This document shows, in pieces, positions 30,982 through 41,414 of a stretch of 64,000 bases of DNA. The notes beneath the pieces were generated by a model. It was not told the origin of the DNA. It worked only from the letters and a program-made list of their open reading frames with translations, and made no database searches. The stretch spans positions 32,001-96,000 of the forward strand of contig JBDHZC010000005.1 in assembly GCA_039811685.1 (NCBI GenBank), in the 5' to 3' direction. Made by a program: the position numbers and the translations under genes. Source of the stretch: Armatimonadota bacterium (lineage in GTDB: Bacteria; Armatimonadota; UBA5829; DSUL01). Positions within the stretch are counted from its first letter, which is position 1, and every line of letters starts with the position of its first letter.

Positions 30982-32328
30982 TTGACGCTCTTTGGAACGC
31001 AGAAGGTCCGCGAAAACGGCCATTTCGAGATTGGCGGCTGCGACGCGGTGGAGTTGGCACGGCGATTTGGGACGCCTTTGTACGTACTCGATGAGCAGTT
31101 CATCCGCCAGAGGATGCGGGAATACCTCAGCTCCTTTCAGAGCCGCTACCCCGCTGTCAAAATCGCCTTCGCGGGCAAGGCCTTTCTCACGCTGGCAATG
31201 GCGCGCATTGTCGATCAGGAGGGTCTGTATCTGGACGTCGCCTCAGATGGCGAGCTGTTCACAGCTCTGCAGGCGGGGTTTCCCGCTGAGCGCATTGTTA
31301 TGCACGGCAACAACAAGAGTCCGGGCGAGCTTGGAATGGCGCTGGAGGCCGGAGTCGGACGCATCGTCGTTGACAATTCGCTGGAGATTGAGCGTCTCAT
31401 TCAGCTTTCTGAACAAAAAGGGGTCACGCCTTCGGTTCTGGTGCGCACCGCGCCTGGCATTGATCCGAAAACGCACCGGCGCATTCGCACTGGTCAGGAG
31501 GACACCAAGTTTGGCCTGAACATCCGCGATGGCAGCGCGATGAAGGCTGTGCAGAGGTGTGTGGACTCGCAGCGCCTGCGCTTTATGGGCATCCACTGCC
31601 ACGTGGGATCGCAGCTTATGGACGCAGAGTCCCACCAACAGGCCTCAGACATCATGTGCGCCTTTATGCGCGAGCTTCAGGATGCGACGGGCGCGCGGGT
31701 GGAAGAGCTGGACATGGGCGGGGGTCTGGGCATCAGCTACGTGCAGGCGCAATCCCCGCTGAGCGTAGATGACTACTCAGAGCAAGTTGTAAACGCCGTC
31801 CGGGAGTCACTGGATAGATACAACCTGGAGCCTCCGGTGCTCGGCCAGGAGCCCGGCCGGTCCATCGTCGGACAGGCTGGCGTGACGCTTTATGAAGTCG
31901 GCGCGATAAAAGAAGTGCCGATTCCGGAAGCTCCCGGGACGCGAACTTACGTTAACATTGATGGGGGTATGTCTGACAATCCGCGCCCACAGCTCTACGA
32001 CGCGGTGTACGAGGCTTTTATCGCGAACAGGGCCGATCATGCGCGCGACACGGTCGTGCGCATTGCGGGAAAGCACTGTGAGACAGACATACTTATCCAG
32101 CAAACCAGTATTCAGCGGCCGCAGCCGGGTGATATTCTGGCCGTGCAGGCGACCGGAGCTTACAACTACGCCATGGCCAGCAACTACAACCGCCTCAGAC
32201 GGCCGGCGGTTGTTCTGGTAGAGGCAGGTCAGGCGGATGAGATCGTCAGGCGGGAGAGCCTGGAAGACCTTATCTCGCACGACCTCATTCCCGAGCGCTT
32301 GCGAAGCAGGGCGCCTGCGTCCGCCTGA
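30982..32328 (+). CDS. lysA: Diaminopimelate decarboxylase
   Basis: FGTPLYV, AGKAF, HGNNKS, KFG, HCHVGSQ, GGGLG, EPGRS, GKHCE, ASNYN. Confidence 0.96.
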   Translation: MTLFGTQKVRENGHFEIGGCDAVELARRFGTPLYVLDEQFIRQRMREYLSSFQSRYPAVKIAFAGKAFLTLAMARIVDQEGLYLDVASDGELFTALQAGFPAERIVMHGNNKSPGELGMALEAGVGRIVVDNSLEIERLIQLSEQKGVTPSVLVRTAPGIDPKTHRRIRTGQEDTKFGLNIRDGSAMKAVQRCVDSQRLRFMGIHCHVGSQLMDAESHQQASDIMCAFMRELQDATGARVEELDMGGGLGISYVQAQSPLSVDDYSEQVVNAVRESLDRYNLEPPVLGQEPGRSIVGQAGVTLYEVGAIKEVPIPEAPGTRTYVNIDGGMSDNPRPQLYDAVYEAFIANRADHARDTVVRIAGKHCETDILIQQTSIQRPQPGDILAVQATGAYNYAMASNYNRLRRPAVVLVEAGQADEIVRRESLEDLISHDLIPERLRSRAPASA

Positions 32329-32387
32329 GGCAGCGCTAATTCCCGACGGATTCCTCCGTCAGAGCTGAAGGGACTTTCAGGGCGTCT

Positions 32388-33011
32388 ATGGACTTCTTTC
32401 AGATAGGCATCACGCTGATTGCGGTTATCATCGCAATCACAATTCACGAGTTTGCGCATGCGGCGGCGGCTGTTTCGTGCGGAGACGATACGCCGAAGAA
32501 GCAGGGGCGCATCTCCCTCAACCCACTGGACCATTTTGACCCGGTTGGCTTCACGATGATTGTGCTGACCAGTATCTTTGGCTTCGGGATAGGCTGGGGC
32601 AAGCCGGTGATGATCGACCCGGCCAACTTCCGCAACCCGCGCTGGGACGATATCAAAGTCGCCGCCTGGGGGCCTCTGTCCAACATTCTGCAAGCCATTG
32701 TGTTTTCGGTAGTCTGGCGTTTCTGGGCGCTCAAACTGTCGTATGGCGTACAGACTTTTGTGCTGATGATGGTACTGGTGAATATCGGACTCGCGCTGTT
32801 CAACCTTATCCCTCTGCCGCCGCTTGACGGGTCTCATATTCTGGCCGGACTTCTCCCGAGGGAGGCAGCGAGGAAGTACGTGCGGTTTGCGGCACAATAT
32901 GGCATGGCGGCTCTGTTGCTGTGCATCATGGTGCCGGTGGGCGGGCACTCTCTGATCTCGTGGGTGATCTCGCCTGCCAGCAGCCGCCTGGTTCATCTAT
33001 TGCTGCGCTGA
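32388..33011 (+). CDS. Site-2 protease (M50) family protein
   Basis: HEFAH, NPLDHFD, GWGKPV, GPLSN, FNLIPLPPLDG. Confidence 0.92.
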   Translation: MDFFQIGITLIAVIIAITIHEFAHAAAAVSCGDDTPKKQGRISLNPLDHFDPVGFTMIVLTSIFGFGIGWGKPVMIDPANFRNPRWDDIKVAAWGPLSNILQAIVFSVVWRFWALKLSYGVQTFVLMMVLVNIGLALFNLIPLPPLDGSHILAGLLPREAARKYVRFAAQYGMAALLLCIMVPVGGHSLISWVISPASSRLVHLLLR

Positions 33012-33047
33012 ACGGGCGGCTTTATTCAGGAAAAGGGAGACATATCA

Positions 33048-34028
33048 GTGCAAAAAAGAATGCTTTCCGGCATGCAGCCAACGGGAATTCTCCATCTGGG
33101 CAACCTGGAGGGCGCTCTGCGCAACTGGGTGCGCCTTCAGGAAGAGTATGATTCCTATTTCTGCATTGTTGACTGGCATTCTTTGACGACGCTGGCCGAG
33201 ACACCGGAGCTGATCAAAAAGCAGACTCTCGATGTGGCTATTGACTGGCTGGCGGCCGGGCTTAACCCGGAGAAATGCACGGTTTTTATCCAGTCGCACG
33301 TTCCCCAGCACGCGGAGCTTCATCTGCTCTTGTCCATGATTACTCCCGTGCCGTGGCTGGAGCGGGTGCCCACCTACAAAGAGAAGAAAGAGAATCTCAA
33401 CATTGAGTCCGCCTCCTACGGCCTGCTGGGCTACCCTGTACTGCAGGCGGCGGACATCATGATTTACAAGGCTGACGTTGTGCCGGTGGGCAAGGATCAG
33501 CTTCCGCACCTGGAGCTGACGCGCGAGATTACGCGACGCTTCAACCACTTGTATGGCGAGGTCTTTCCAGAGTGTGAAGCGCTGTTGACAGAGGCGGCTG
33601 TCGTCCCGGGTACGGACGGGCGCAAGATGAGCAAGTCGTACGATAATGCCATCTATATCCAGGACAGCGCGGAGGAGACAGCGAAGAAGATCAAGACGAT
33701 GTTCACCGATCCGCTGAAGCTGAGGATGGGTGATCCCGGACGACCTGAGGTGTGCCCGGTCTTTGCGCTGCACGAGATTTACAGTCCGAAGGATCAGGTC
33801 GCATGGATTGACGAGCATTGCCGGGCTGGAGATCTCGGGTGCGTTCAGTGCAAGAAGATGCTGACTGAAAACCTGAACGAGAAGCTGCGCCCGCTTCGGG
33901 AGCGCCGTCAGATGTACGCTGATGACCCCGCTCAGATTGAGAAAATCCTGGAAGAGGGCGCGGCCAAGGCCAGAGAAGTCGCGGAAGAGACTATGCGCGA
34001 GGTGCGCAAAGCAATGATGCTGCCGTAG
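33048..34028 (+). CDS. trpS: Tryptophan--tRNA ligase
   Basis: SGMQPTG.LHLGN, YPVLQAADI, VPVGKDQ, KMSKS. Confidence 0.96.
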   Translation: MQKRMLSGMQPTGILHLGNLEGALRNWVRLQEEYDSYFCIVDWHSLTTLAETPELIKKQTLDVAIDWLAAGLNPEKCTVFIQSHVPQHAELHLLLSMITPVPWLERVPTYKEKKENLNIESASYGLLGYPVLQAADIMIYKADVVPVGKDQLPHLELTREITRRFNHLYGEVFPECEALLTEAAVVPGTDGRKMSKSYDNAIYIQDSAEETAKKIKTMFTDPLKLRMGDPGRPEVCPVFALHEIYSPKDQVAWIDEHCRAGDLGCVQCKKMLTENLNEKLRPLRERRQMYADDPAQIEKILEEGAAKAREVAEETMREVRKAMMLP

Positions 34029-34070
34029 GCTGCAGGGTCACTCCTGCGGTTTCATTGAGGACGTTGCGCG

Positions 34071-35093
34071 ATGATTATCATAATGGAACCCGGCGCCTCC
34101 GCCGAACAGGTTCACGATGTTGAAGAAGAGATCCGGCGCATTGGTCTGCGGCCGTTCCTGAATCCAGGAGTTGAGCGCAAGGTCATAGCCGTGCTGGGAG
34201 AAGTGGACGTCACCAAGGCGGCGCTTGTCGGACACTTCTCCATGTATGCGGGTGTCGCGCGCGTGGAGCTGATTTCAGACCTCTGGAAGCTGTGTTCCCG
34301 CGGATATCACCCTGAGAACAGCATTGTCCAGGTTGGTGACGTGGCTTTTGGCGCGGAAAAGATCGTTGTTATCGCCGGCCCGTGCAGCGTGGAAAGCCGG
34401 GAGCAGACCCTGGAGATCGCCGAGCAGGTAAAGGAGATGGGAGCTTCACTTCTGCGCGGAGGAGCGTTCAAGCCGCGCTCCTCGCCCTACAGTTTTCAGG
34501 GGCTGGGGGAGCAGGGGCTGAAGTTTCTGGCCGAAGCGCGCGAGCGCACCGGTCTTCCGGTCGTGACTGAAGTGATGGACACCCACGAGATCGTGCTGGT
34601 AGCTGAATATGCCGATGTGCTGCAGATTGGCGCGCGCAACATGCAGAACTACTCGCTTCTTAAAGCGGTCGGGCATTCCGGGCGTGCCGTCTTGCTTAAG
34701 CGTGGGATGGGCTCGCGCGTAAAAGACCTGCTGATGTCGGCGGAGTACATCCTCAGCGAAGGCAATCCGGACGTGATCCTGTGTGAGAGGGGCATCACGA
34801 CTTTCGAAGATTCCACCCGCAACACCACGGACATAAACGCCATCCCCGTTCTCAAGCACTGGACGCATCTGCCGGTTGTACTGGACCCGAGTCACTCCAC
34901 AGGTGTGTGGCGCTATGTCGCGCCTGTCGCCTGCGCCGGAGTGGCCTGTGGCGCGGATGGCATAATTGTGGAAGTCCACAACGACCCGCAGCGGGCGATG
35001 AGCGACGGGATGCAGTCGCTGAAGTACGACAACTTCAAATCACTGATGTCTCAGGTGGGGCGCATTGCAGAGGCAGTCGGGCGCACGAGTTAG
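34071..35093 (+). CDS. aroF: DAHP synthase (type I-beta with N-terminal regulatory domain)
   Basis: [43 protein letters not shown]. Confidence 0.93.
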   Translation: MIIIMEPGASAEQVHDVEEEIRRIGLRPFLNPGVERKVIAVLGEVDVTKAALVGHFSMYAGVARVELISDLWKLCSRGYHPENSIVQVGDVAFGAEKIVVIAGPCSVESREQTLEIAEQVKEMGASLLRGGAFKPRSSPYSFQGLGEQGLKFLAEARERTGLPVVTEVMDTHEIVLVAEYADVLQIGARNMQNYSLLKAVGHSGRAVLLKRGMGSRVKDLLMSAEYILSEGNPDVILCERGITTFEDSTRNTTDINAIPVLKHWTHLPVVLDPSHSTGVWRYVAPVACAGVACGADGIIVEVHNDPQRAMSDGMQSLKYDNFKSLMSQVGRIAEAVGRTS

Positions 35094-35131
35094 GATCTCA
35101 CGGCATCTCCCTGCCGCTCGGCTGATAGCTT

Positions 35132-35545
35132 CTAGCCGGTCCTTTCGTTGATAAGCACAAATGTTGCGCTAGCCTCAGCAACAGTCTTGCCTGTGGAGTC
35201 GCTCAAGCGGCTACCGCAGAGAAAAGTGCGACCGCGGCGTTTCTCCACCCAGCCTTCCACACACAGCTTCTCTCCGGTTACAGCCGGCGCCCGGAAGCGC
35301 GTTTCCATCCGGCCGGCAATCACAGCCAGCCCCTGATCCCACAGCACCCACGCCATCGCTTCGTCCATCACCGTTGACAGGATGCCGCCATGCGTGATTC
35401 CCGCATAGCTTTCGTGCTGAGGGCCCGGAGTGAACTCGGCGCGGTTAGTGTCTCCATCGCGCTCAAAGTGCAGCTTCAGACTGATCGGGTTGTGTCTTCC
35501 GCATCCGAAGCAGTTCTGATTGTCCGTCAGTGTCAATGTGCTCAC
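35132..35545 (-). CDS. PaaI family thioesterase
   Basis: CFGCG..NP, HGGILSTVMDEAM. Confidence 0.88.
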   Translation of the reverse strand: MSTLTLTDNQNCFGCGRHNPISLKLHFERDGDTNRAEFTPGPQHESYAGITHGGILSTVMDEAMAWVLWDQGLAVIAGRMETRFRAPAVTGEKLCVEGWVEKRRGRTFLCGSRLSDSTGKTVAEASATFVLINERTG

Positions 35546-35633
35546 GGCTTCATTATAGCGCTTCGGCAGGCCAAAAAGAAAAGGGGCAACGCAGGCGCGC
35601 TACCCCTCCAACAACGTCCACTCGTGGTTTCTC

Positions 35634-38054
35634 TCAGGAAGCTTTTGGCCGGAATCTCGCCTGCGGCGCTCGCGGCTCGTTGTCCGCCAGTCCGCTCGGG
35701 CGATCCACCCTCGTGGAGGTCTGGGTGTGATCCGGGCGTGAAGGCCGCGACGGCCTGTCCGGCTTGTGTCCCCGGTCGCTGCGCTCCCGGCCGCCTCTGT
35801 CGCCCCGCTCGCGGTCATTGCCGCGGTGATCTTCACCACGTCCGCCACTGCGCCCACCGCGTCCACCGCGGTCGCCGCCCCGGTCACGTCCACCTCTGTC
35901 TCCCCGGTCGCCGCGCTCCTCGCGTCTGTCAGAGGGAGGCGCTGCGTTCGGGTTAATAACCAGAGGCTCAGCCAGGCCTTCGGCAATCAGGCTCCGGCGC
36001 TCCAGATTGATGCGCCCCATATCGTCAATCTCAGCGATGCGCACCATCACCTCGTCCCCGACATTGAGAGCGTCTTCCGTGCGTCCGATGCGGTGATCGG
36101 ACATCTCCTGAATCCGAAGCAGACCGTCCTTACCGCCAGCCAGTTCGATGAAAGCGCCGAAGTTTGTCGTGCGTACGACTGTTCCGGTGAAGGTTTCCCC
36201 GACGGAAAGCTCCCGCGTCATATCTTCGACAATCTTCGCGGCCCGTTCGCCTCCTGCGGCGTCCGTGGAGGTGATAAACACCCGCCCGTCCTGCTCGATA
36301 GCCAGTTTCGCGCCCGTGTCCGCCTCTATCTTCTTGATATTGCGTCCTCCCGGGCCGATGACCTCGCCAATCTTCTCAGGATTGATCTGCACTACCAGGG
36401 CGCGCGGGGCATACTGGCTCATCTCTTCGCGCGGTGCAGGCAAGGCGCTCTGAATCGAATCCAGCACAGTCTGGCGCGCCGTGTCGGCCTTCTGGATGGT
36501 CTCGGCGACCTGCTGCATGCTCAGCCCGCGAATCTTGGTATCGAGCTGAATGGCGGTCACGCCGTCGCGAGTCCCGGCTACCTTGAAGTCCATATCGCCG
36601 GAGAAGTCTTCCATCCCCTGAATGTCCGTGAGAATCTTATACCGGTCCCCATCCGTCATCAGGCCCATGGCGATTCCGCCGACCGGTTTCTTGATGGGTA
36701 CGCCGGCGTCCATAAGCGCCAGCGTGGAGGCGCACGTGCTGGCCATAGAGGTGGAGCCATTGGACTCCAGCACCTCGCTTGTCAGCAGAATGCTGTAAGG
36801 AAAAGTCTCCTCATCCGGGATCATCGGGCGCAGAGCCTTCTCCGCCAGCGCGCCGTGGCCGATCTCGCGGCGGCCGGGTCCGCGCATTGGACGCACCTCT
36901 CCCACGGAGTAGGGCGGGAAGTTGTAGTAGTGCATGTAGCGCTTGGTTGTGTCCTCTTCGATGCCGTCCACGATCTGTGCGTCATCTACCGAGCCAAGCA
37001 CCAGCGCTGTCAACACCTGCGTCTGTCCGCGCGTGAACAGGCCTGATCCGTGCACTCTGGGCAACAGACCGACTTCGGAACTCAGTGCGCGGATAGTGTC
37101 CGCGTCTCTTCCATCCGGACGCTTGTTTTCGTCCAGAATCAGACGGCGCACTTCCTTCTTGATAACTTTGTCCGCTGCCGCGCCGACATCCGCCGATCGC
37201 TCCGGATAGGCGTCCGCCAGCCGTTCAACTATGCTCTTCTTCAGATCATCCAGCGCGCTTTCACGCGCCGCCTTATCCGGATCTACCAGCGCGCTCGAAA
37301 TCTCGCTGAGAAAGTCCTTCTTGATGCGATCCATAATCTCAGGATCCGGCAGTGAGAGAATTGGCTCCGCCTTGGCGACGCCAAGCTTCCTGGCCAGCTC
37401 ATCCTGAGCGTCGCACAGCATGATAATGTTGTCGTGCGCAAGCTGAATCGCTGCCACCACGTCTTCGTTGGACGCCTCCGAAGCCTCAGCCTCCAGCATG
37501 TTGACAGTATCACGCGTGCCGGCGGCGATGATCTCCATGTCCGCCTGGGTCATCTCTTCAAAGCTCGGATTGACGATGAGCTCTCCGTCCTTGCGGATCA
37601 CGCGCACGCAGGCGACTGGGCCATCAAAGGGAATGTCCGAGACCGCCAGCGCAAAGGCCGCCGCGTTCACAGCCAGCACGTCCGGCGCTGTACTCAGGTC
37701 AACCGACAGCGGCATAGCCACGACCTGCACGTCGTTGCGCATACCGTCCGGAAACAGCGGGCGCAGCGGGCGGTCAATCAGCCTTGAAGTGAGAATCGCC
37801 TTTTCCGACGGCCGGCCGCCTCTTTTGACAAATCCGCCAGGAATCTTACCAACAGCGTACTTGCGCTCTTCGTAATCGCAAGTGAGGGGGAAGAAGTCCA
37901 TGCCCTCCCGGGCTTGTCTGGACATGGTGGCTGTGGCGAGAATAACCGTGTCGCCACAGTAGAGGAGGACAGAGCCGTTCGCCTGTTTGGCAACGCGCCC
38001 TGCCTCGATCCGGAGCTGCTTGCCTCCCAGCTCCAGAGAAACAGTATTATCCAT
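35634..38054 (-). CDS. pnp: Polyribonucleotide nucleotidyltransferase
   Basis: DFFPLT.DYEER, SRLIDRPLRPLF, RREIGHGALAE, SNGSTSMAS, GDMDFKVAGT, KH and S1 domains. Confidence 0.97.
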   Translation of the reverse strand: MDNTVSLELGGKQLRIEAGRVAKQANGSVLLYCGDTVILATATMSRQAREGMDFFPLTCDYEERKYAVGKIPGGFVKRGGRPSEKAILTSRLIDRPLRPLFPDGMRNDVQVVAMPLSVDLSTAPDVLAVNAAAFALAVSDIPFDGPVACVRVIRKDGELIVNPSFEEMTQADMEIIAAGTRDTVNMLEAEASEASNEDVVAAIQLAHDNIIMLCDAQDELARKLGVAKAEPILSLPDPEIMDRIKKDFLSEISSALVDPDKAARESALDDLKKSIVERLADAYPERSADVGAAADKVIKKEVRRLILDENKRPDGRDADTIRALSSEVGLLPRVHGSGLFTRGQTQVLTALVLGSVDDAQIVDGIEEDTTKRYMHYYNFPPYSVGEVRPMRGPGRREIGHGALAEKALRPMIPDEETFPYSILLTSEVLESNGSTSMASTCASTLALMDAGVPIKKPVGGIAMGLMTDGDRYKILTDIQGMEDFSGDMDFKVAGTRDGVTAIQLDTKIRGLSMQQVAETIQKADTARQTVLDSIQSALPAPREEMSQYAPRALVVQINPEKIGEVIGPGGRNIKKIEADTGAKLAIEQDGRVFITSTDAAGGERAAKIVEDMTRELSVGETFTGTVVRTTNFGAFIELAGGKDGLLRIQEMSDHRIGRTEDALNVGDEVMVRIAEIDDMGRINLERRSLIAEGLAEPLVINPNAAPPSDRREERGDRGDRGGRDRGGDRGGRGGRSGGRGEDHRGNDRERGDRGGRERSDRGHKPDRPSRPSRPDHTQTSTRVDRPSGLADNEPRAPQARFRPKAS

Positions 38055-38071
38055 GTGTAAGGTTTACACTC

Positions 38072-38341
38072 CTATCTGCGCAGGCCGAGTTTGCTGATGA
38101 GGGAACGGTAACGCTCAATATCTTTCTTGCTGAGGTAATTAAGCAAGCGGCGGCGTTTTCCGACCATCATCAACAGGCCTCTGCGGGAGTGGTGATCCTT
38201 CTTGTGCCCCTTGAGGTGCTCTGTAAGCTCGGAAATGCGGGCTGAGAGCAGGGCAACCTGAACTTCAGGCGAGCCTGTGTCAGCCTCGTGGGTCTTGTGC
38301 TCGCCGATAATCTCTGCTTTTCGCTCTTGCAAAAGCGACAT
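38072..38341 (-). CDS. rpsO: 30S ribosomal protein S15
   Basis: [29 protein letters not shown]; rpsO-pnp operon. Confidence 0.97.
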   Translation of the reverse strand: MSLLQERKAEIIGEHKTHEADTGSPEVQVALLSARISELTEHLKGHKKDHHSRRGLLMMVGKRRRLLNYLSKKDIERYRSLISKLGLRR

Positions 38342-38768
38342 GTATCGCCTGTTCCTCCTGCGCAAAGTCTGAGGACTGCGCATAACAACGCCGGTCCGCA
38401 GACCGGCTCTTTCAATAATCTCCACGTATGTGAGTCGGCAACAGTTTACCATTCCACTAAACCACTGTCAACGCGCACGCCCGCATGTTGCTGTGCAGTG
38501 CGACTGCATCCCTGACACGTAGCGATCCTGTCCGCCTGTTCGTCCTGCAGAAGTGTAACTCTCCCGGCTTTCGCAGTCTGAGTTGACACGGGCACGCATC
38601 AGGCGTAGTCTTGCAGTTACTGTTCGTCCGGGAGGAAAGCTGTCCTGCTGGTGAGCCGAGTCTTGCGGGCGCGGAGTTTTGCCAGTTCTCCTTCGCCTGC
38701 AGATGCCCAAAGGAGGGCCCGCAGACATGAAACTATCAGCCTGTCCCATGAGGCGGGGGAAGTCCTCG

Positions 38769-39674
38769 ATGAAAAAACACTTAGTCACGCTTATGTTGGC
38801 TATGGCCCTTGCCGTTTCCTTCGCAGGCGCTGCGCCTGTGTTCGCGGCAGATAAGACCGTTGAGACTACGTCTAGCCCAGCGCCGGACGCCCTTGAGCTG
38901 CGAACGGCGTCGGACGCGGACGTGGTGACGATGCTCTCGGATGAACGCGCGATGTACCGCGCCTTTTTTGCGACGGAAGCCGGCGGTCGCGGCTTGACCG
39001 CGGCAAAGCCCCGGTTGAAGCATCTACTCTCAGACCCGGACGAGTTGGTCCGGGTGGAGGCTGCGGGAGCTCTGCTGCGGCTTACTGAGCGCTCCGGTGT
39101 CCCCGTGCTCCGGGCGGCCCTGTCCAACGAGGCGAGCAGGAGCAGACTGACTGCGGCCCGGTACCTGTCTCTAGTCGCAGACAAGCAGGCCGTGGCTGTT
39201 CTGCAGAACTATCTCACGAGCAAGTTATCTTTTGAGCGAGACACCGCCGTGCACGCCCTTGCAGCTCTGAAGGATGACTCGATCGCCTATGCCGCGCTGG
39301 TGGCCGGGTTGCAGGATGAAAACGATCTGGTACGCCAATCGGCCATTTATCTGCTGGGTGGACGCACGGGCGAACGCTCCACCCGGATGCTGCGTGAGAT
39401 CCTCCAAACAAGTCAGGTCCAGATGGAAAGAGGGATGGCAATCTCGTCGTTGGAGCGGCTCGGCACTCCTGCCGTGGTACTATCCATCATAGACGCTCTG
39501 GCGGACGAAAGTCCGGTCGTTAGTGTGGCAGCGCGAAGAGCTCTGCTGAAGCTGACAAGGCGTATCGGTGCGCCGGAGGGGGTCGGGCTGGCGCAGGCCG
39601 AGGATTGGCGCGCCTGGTGGGCGCAACACAGGCAGGAGTATAAGGAACACGGCCTGCCAGGGGCGGGAGGCTGA
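38769..39674 (+). CDS. Secreted HEAT-repeat protein (array gene 1)
   Basis: Signal peptide MKKHLVTLMLAMALA..; repeated L.D....VR..A..AL; W.AWW tail. Confidence 0.8.
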   Translation: MKKHLVTLMLAMALAVSFAGAAPVFAADKTVETTSSPAPDALELRTASDADVVTMLSDERAMYRAFFATEAGGRGLTAAKPRLKHLLSDPDELVRVEAAGALLRLTERSGVPVLRAALSNEASRSRLTAARYLSLVADKQAVAVLQNYLTSKLSFERDTAVHALAALKDDSIAYAALVAGLQDENDLVRQSAIYLLGGRTGERSTRMLREILQTSQVQMERGMAISSLERLGTPAVVLSIIDALADESPVVSVAARRALLKLTRRIGAPEGVGLAQAEDWRAWWAQHRQEYKEHGLPGAGG

Positions 39675-39819
39675 AGAACCCCCAGCGTCCGGCGGAATGA
39701 CCATTTCATGAACAGCGCAGGCTACCATAGCAGCTTCTAGTTCGCGGCGTCACGTGGAGATGAAGGAATCTACGGCCCGGCGGGTCTATTCAGTTGGGCA
39801 GCGAACGGAAGTTGCCTGT

Positions 39820-39946
39820 GCCGGAAGCTTTCAGGGCCGATTGGGAGCAGTGGTGGGCCGAGAACCAGAGCCAGTTCCCGCCTGGCGCCAAGATCAAAGC
39901 TAAAGCTGCGGCCTTCGAACCAGCCGAACCCGCAACGGAGTGGTAG
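39820..39946 (+). pseudogene. Remnant of HEAT-gene 3' end (copy of 47070..47221 tail)
   Basis: DWEQWWAENQSQFPPGAKIKA...* nearly identical to the end of 46301..47221. Confidence 0.8.
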
Positions 39947-40046
39947 CGGTGGAACAGCGCTTCATCCGCGCAGAGGAGCGCATCTGCGCATGGACTTGGC
40001 GAATCTTTCACCCACTGGCTCCAGGTGGGGATACCTGGAGAGATGT
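39943..40046 (+). repeat. 104-bp array element A, copy 1
   Basis: GTAGCGGTGGAACAGCGCTTCATCCGCGCAG...CTCCAGGTGGGGATACCTGGAGAGATGT. Confidence 0.95.
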
Positions 40047-40047
40047 G

Positions 40048-40167
40048 ATGCAAGACGATGCCTTGAGTGGGTTCTTTACGCCGACGGGTCAGTCCGGCTA
40101 CTACCTCTACAAGAAGCAGTCGCCCAGCGACGTGCGGCTGGAAGGAAGAGAAGTTCCGTACCCGTAG
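40048..40167 (+). other. Short ORF / gene 3' tip (MQDDALSGFF...GREVPYP*)
   Basis: Frame preserved with synonymous changes in the copy at 44876..44995. Confidence 0.55.
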
Positions 40168-40191
40168 CGCCTATCGGCGAAAGAGGATGAA

Positions 40192-41184
40192 ATGTTTCGA
40201 CAGTTGATCTGGTTTGTCACAGCAGCGCTCCCTTTGCTCGCACTTGTGCTCGCCGCGGCCGCGTGCGGTGCAAGCGATATTCCGGTCGCTGTGCCCGCCC
40301 CCGGAGAGCCGCCTGTTCTGTTCGCTGCCGAGTCAGCAGGTGTGCTCTACACGGCAACTCTGGAGGCGGACAAGCGCGTTGCGGTCATCGCCGCCCTGCC
40401 GCTTGATCGAGTTGCGGAAAAACGGACTTACACAGTGCCGGTACCCGCTCTCGAATACGAAAGTTTCCAGCGGCTCCGCTGGAGACTGGGCAGCGGATAC
40501 GCGTGGCTGCTGCCAACGGTGCTGACGAATGGTGGCTTACGCCGCTACCCGATGTATCGCATTCCGCGCAGCGAACTCGACAAACTCCTCCACGGCAGTA
40601 ACGAAGCCAGCGGAAGCGGCTTGAAAGACATGTGGTTTCCGCCGGGCTTTGCGCCACTCACACGCGCGGACGATGAATCCGGGGTGAAAGGGCAGCCGAT
40701 CTACGGAGACTTCTACCCTATCTCTACATCAGCTATCCGGCAGTTCATTTTGCAGGGCAGCGTACTGAGCGTCTGGGACTACATCGGAAACCCAGACGCC
40801 AAGCGGCCTGGGGGAAGTGACAGAGACCTCACTCCCGTGGCTGACCGAGAGCGGTACTTCAACTGGGTCCGCGTGGTGAAGCTGAAGGCGCCTTTTACGG
40901 AGTCCTTCCACGCGTTTCCTCAGAAGGGCGGGTTCCTGCTGGTTACGGACTCCGGCGCGCTCTACTCCATCACGGGCATCAGCACCGGTACTCCAGCGAT
41001 ACGCAGGGTGGATCTGGGCGACGAGCAGATCAGGGTTATCGTGCAGACGGAGGGTGGATCGGCCATTGCGGCGACGCAGACGAAGCGCCTCGATCTGTCC
41101 TCGGCGCCGAAGCTGTCGCCGCTTTCGCATCCGCACAGCTCACCGACGGCTGCGGCCCTTGAGCTGGCCAAAGCGCTGAAGTAG
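40192..41184 (+). CDS. Secreted hypothetical protein, array family X (copy a)
   Basis: SD GAGGA, signal/lipoprotein-like N-terminus (LAAAAC), near-identical copy at 45020. Confidence 0.8.
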   Translation: MFRQLIWFVTAALPLLALVLAAAACGASDIPVAVPAPGEPPVLFAAESAGVLYTATLEADKRVAVIAALPLDRVAEKRTYTVPVPALEYESFQRLRWRLGSGYAWLLPTVLTNGGLRRYPMYRIPRSELDKLLHGSNEASGSGLKDMWFPPGFAPLTRADDESGVKGQPIYGDFYPISTSAIRQFILQGSVLSVWDYIGNPDAKRPGGSDRDLTPVADRERYFNWVRVVKLKAPFTESFHAFPQKGGFLLVTDSGALYSITGISTGTPAIRRVDLGDEQIRVIVQTEGGSAIAATQTKRLDLSSAPKLSPLSHPHSSPTAAALELAKALK

Positions 41185-41265
41185 TAGCGGGGTCGGCCGC
41201 GCTCAGTGAAGGAAGTCAGCCATCGCGGAGTCAAAGAATGGAGAAACAAGTAGCTCAGGCGCAGC
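41184..41265 (+). repeat. About 82-bp array element B, copy 1
   Basis: GTAGCGGGGTCGGCCGCGCTCAGTGAAGGAAG.CAGCCATCGCGGAGTCAAAG...CTCAGGCGCAG; recurs at 44536 and 48381. Confidence 0.9.
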
Positions 41266-41414
41266 AAACCGTTCTGACTCTTGAAGCTGCGACAGCTACC
41301 TGCGCCGATTGGAAGCAGTGGTGGGCCGAGAACCAGAGCCAGTTTCAGTCCGGCACCAGGAGCAAAGCTGAAGCTGCGGCCTTCGAACCAGCCGAACCCG
41401 CAACGGAGCAGTAG
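41266..41414 (+). pseudogene. Remnant of HEAT-gene 3' end
   Basis: Starts AAACCGTTCTGACTCTT, as at 47070. Confidence 0.8.

Noticed and set aside
35766..37046. Long antisense ORFs (e.g. 426 aa opposite pnp; also 25478, 43540, 52239)
   Set aside because: Shadow frames of well-supported genes in GC-rich DNA; no motifs
39943..40046. Known ribozyme, group II intron end or glycine riboswitch
   Set aside because: No hammerhead CUGAnGA/GAAA core, no domain V consensus; only short GGAGAGA-like matches
39940..40190. Element A as a conserved protein-coding segment (ORFs 39940, 39990, 46065, 48614 and minus-strand equivalents)
   Set aside because: Downstream tips join in different frames and each frame is broken or lacks a start in some copies (e.g. 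TGA in copy 7)
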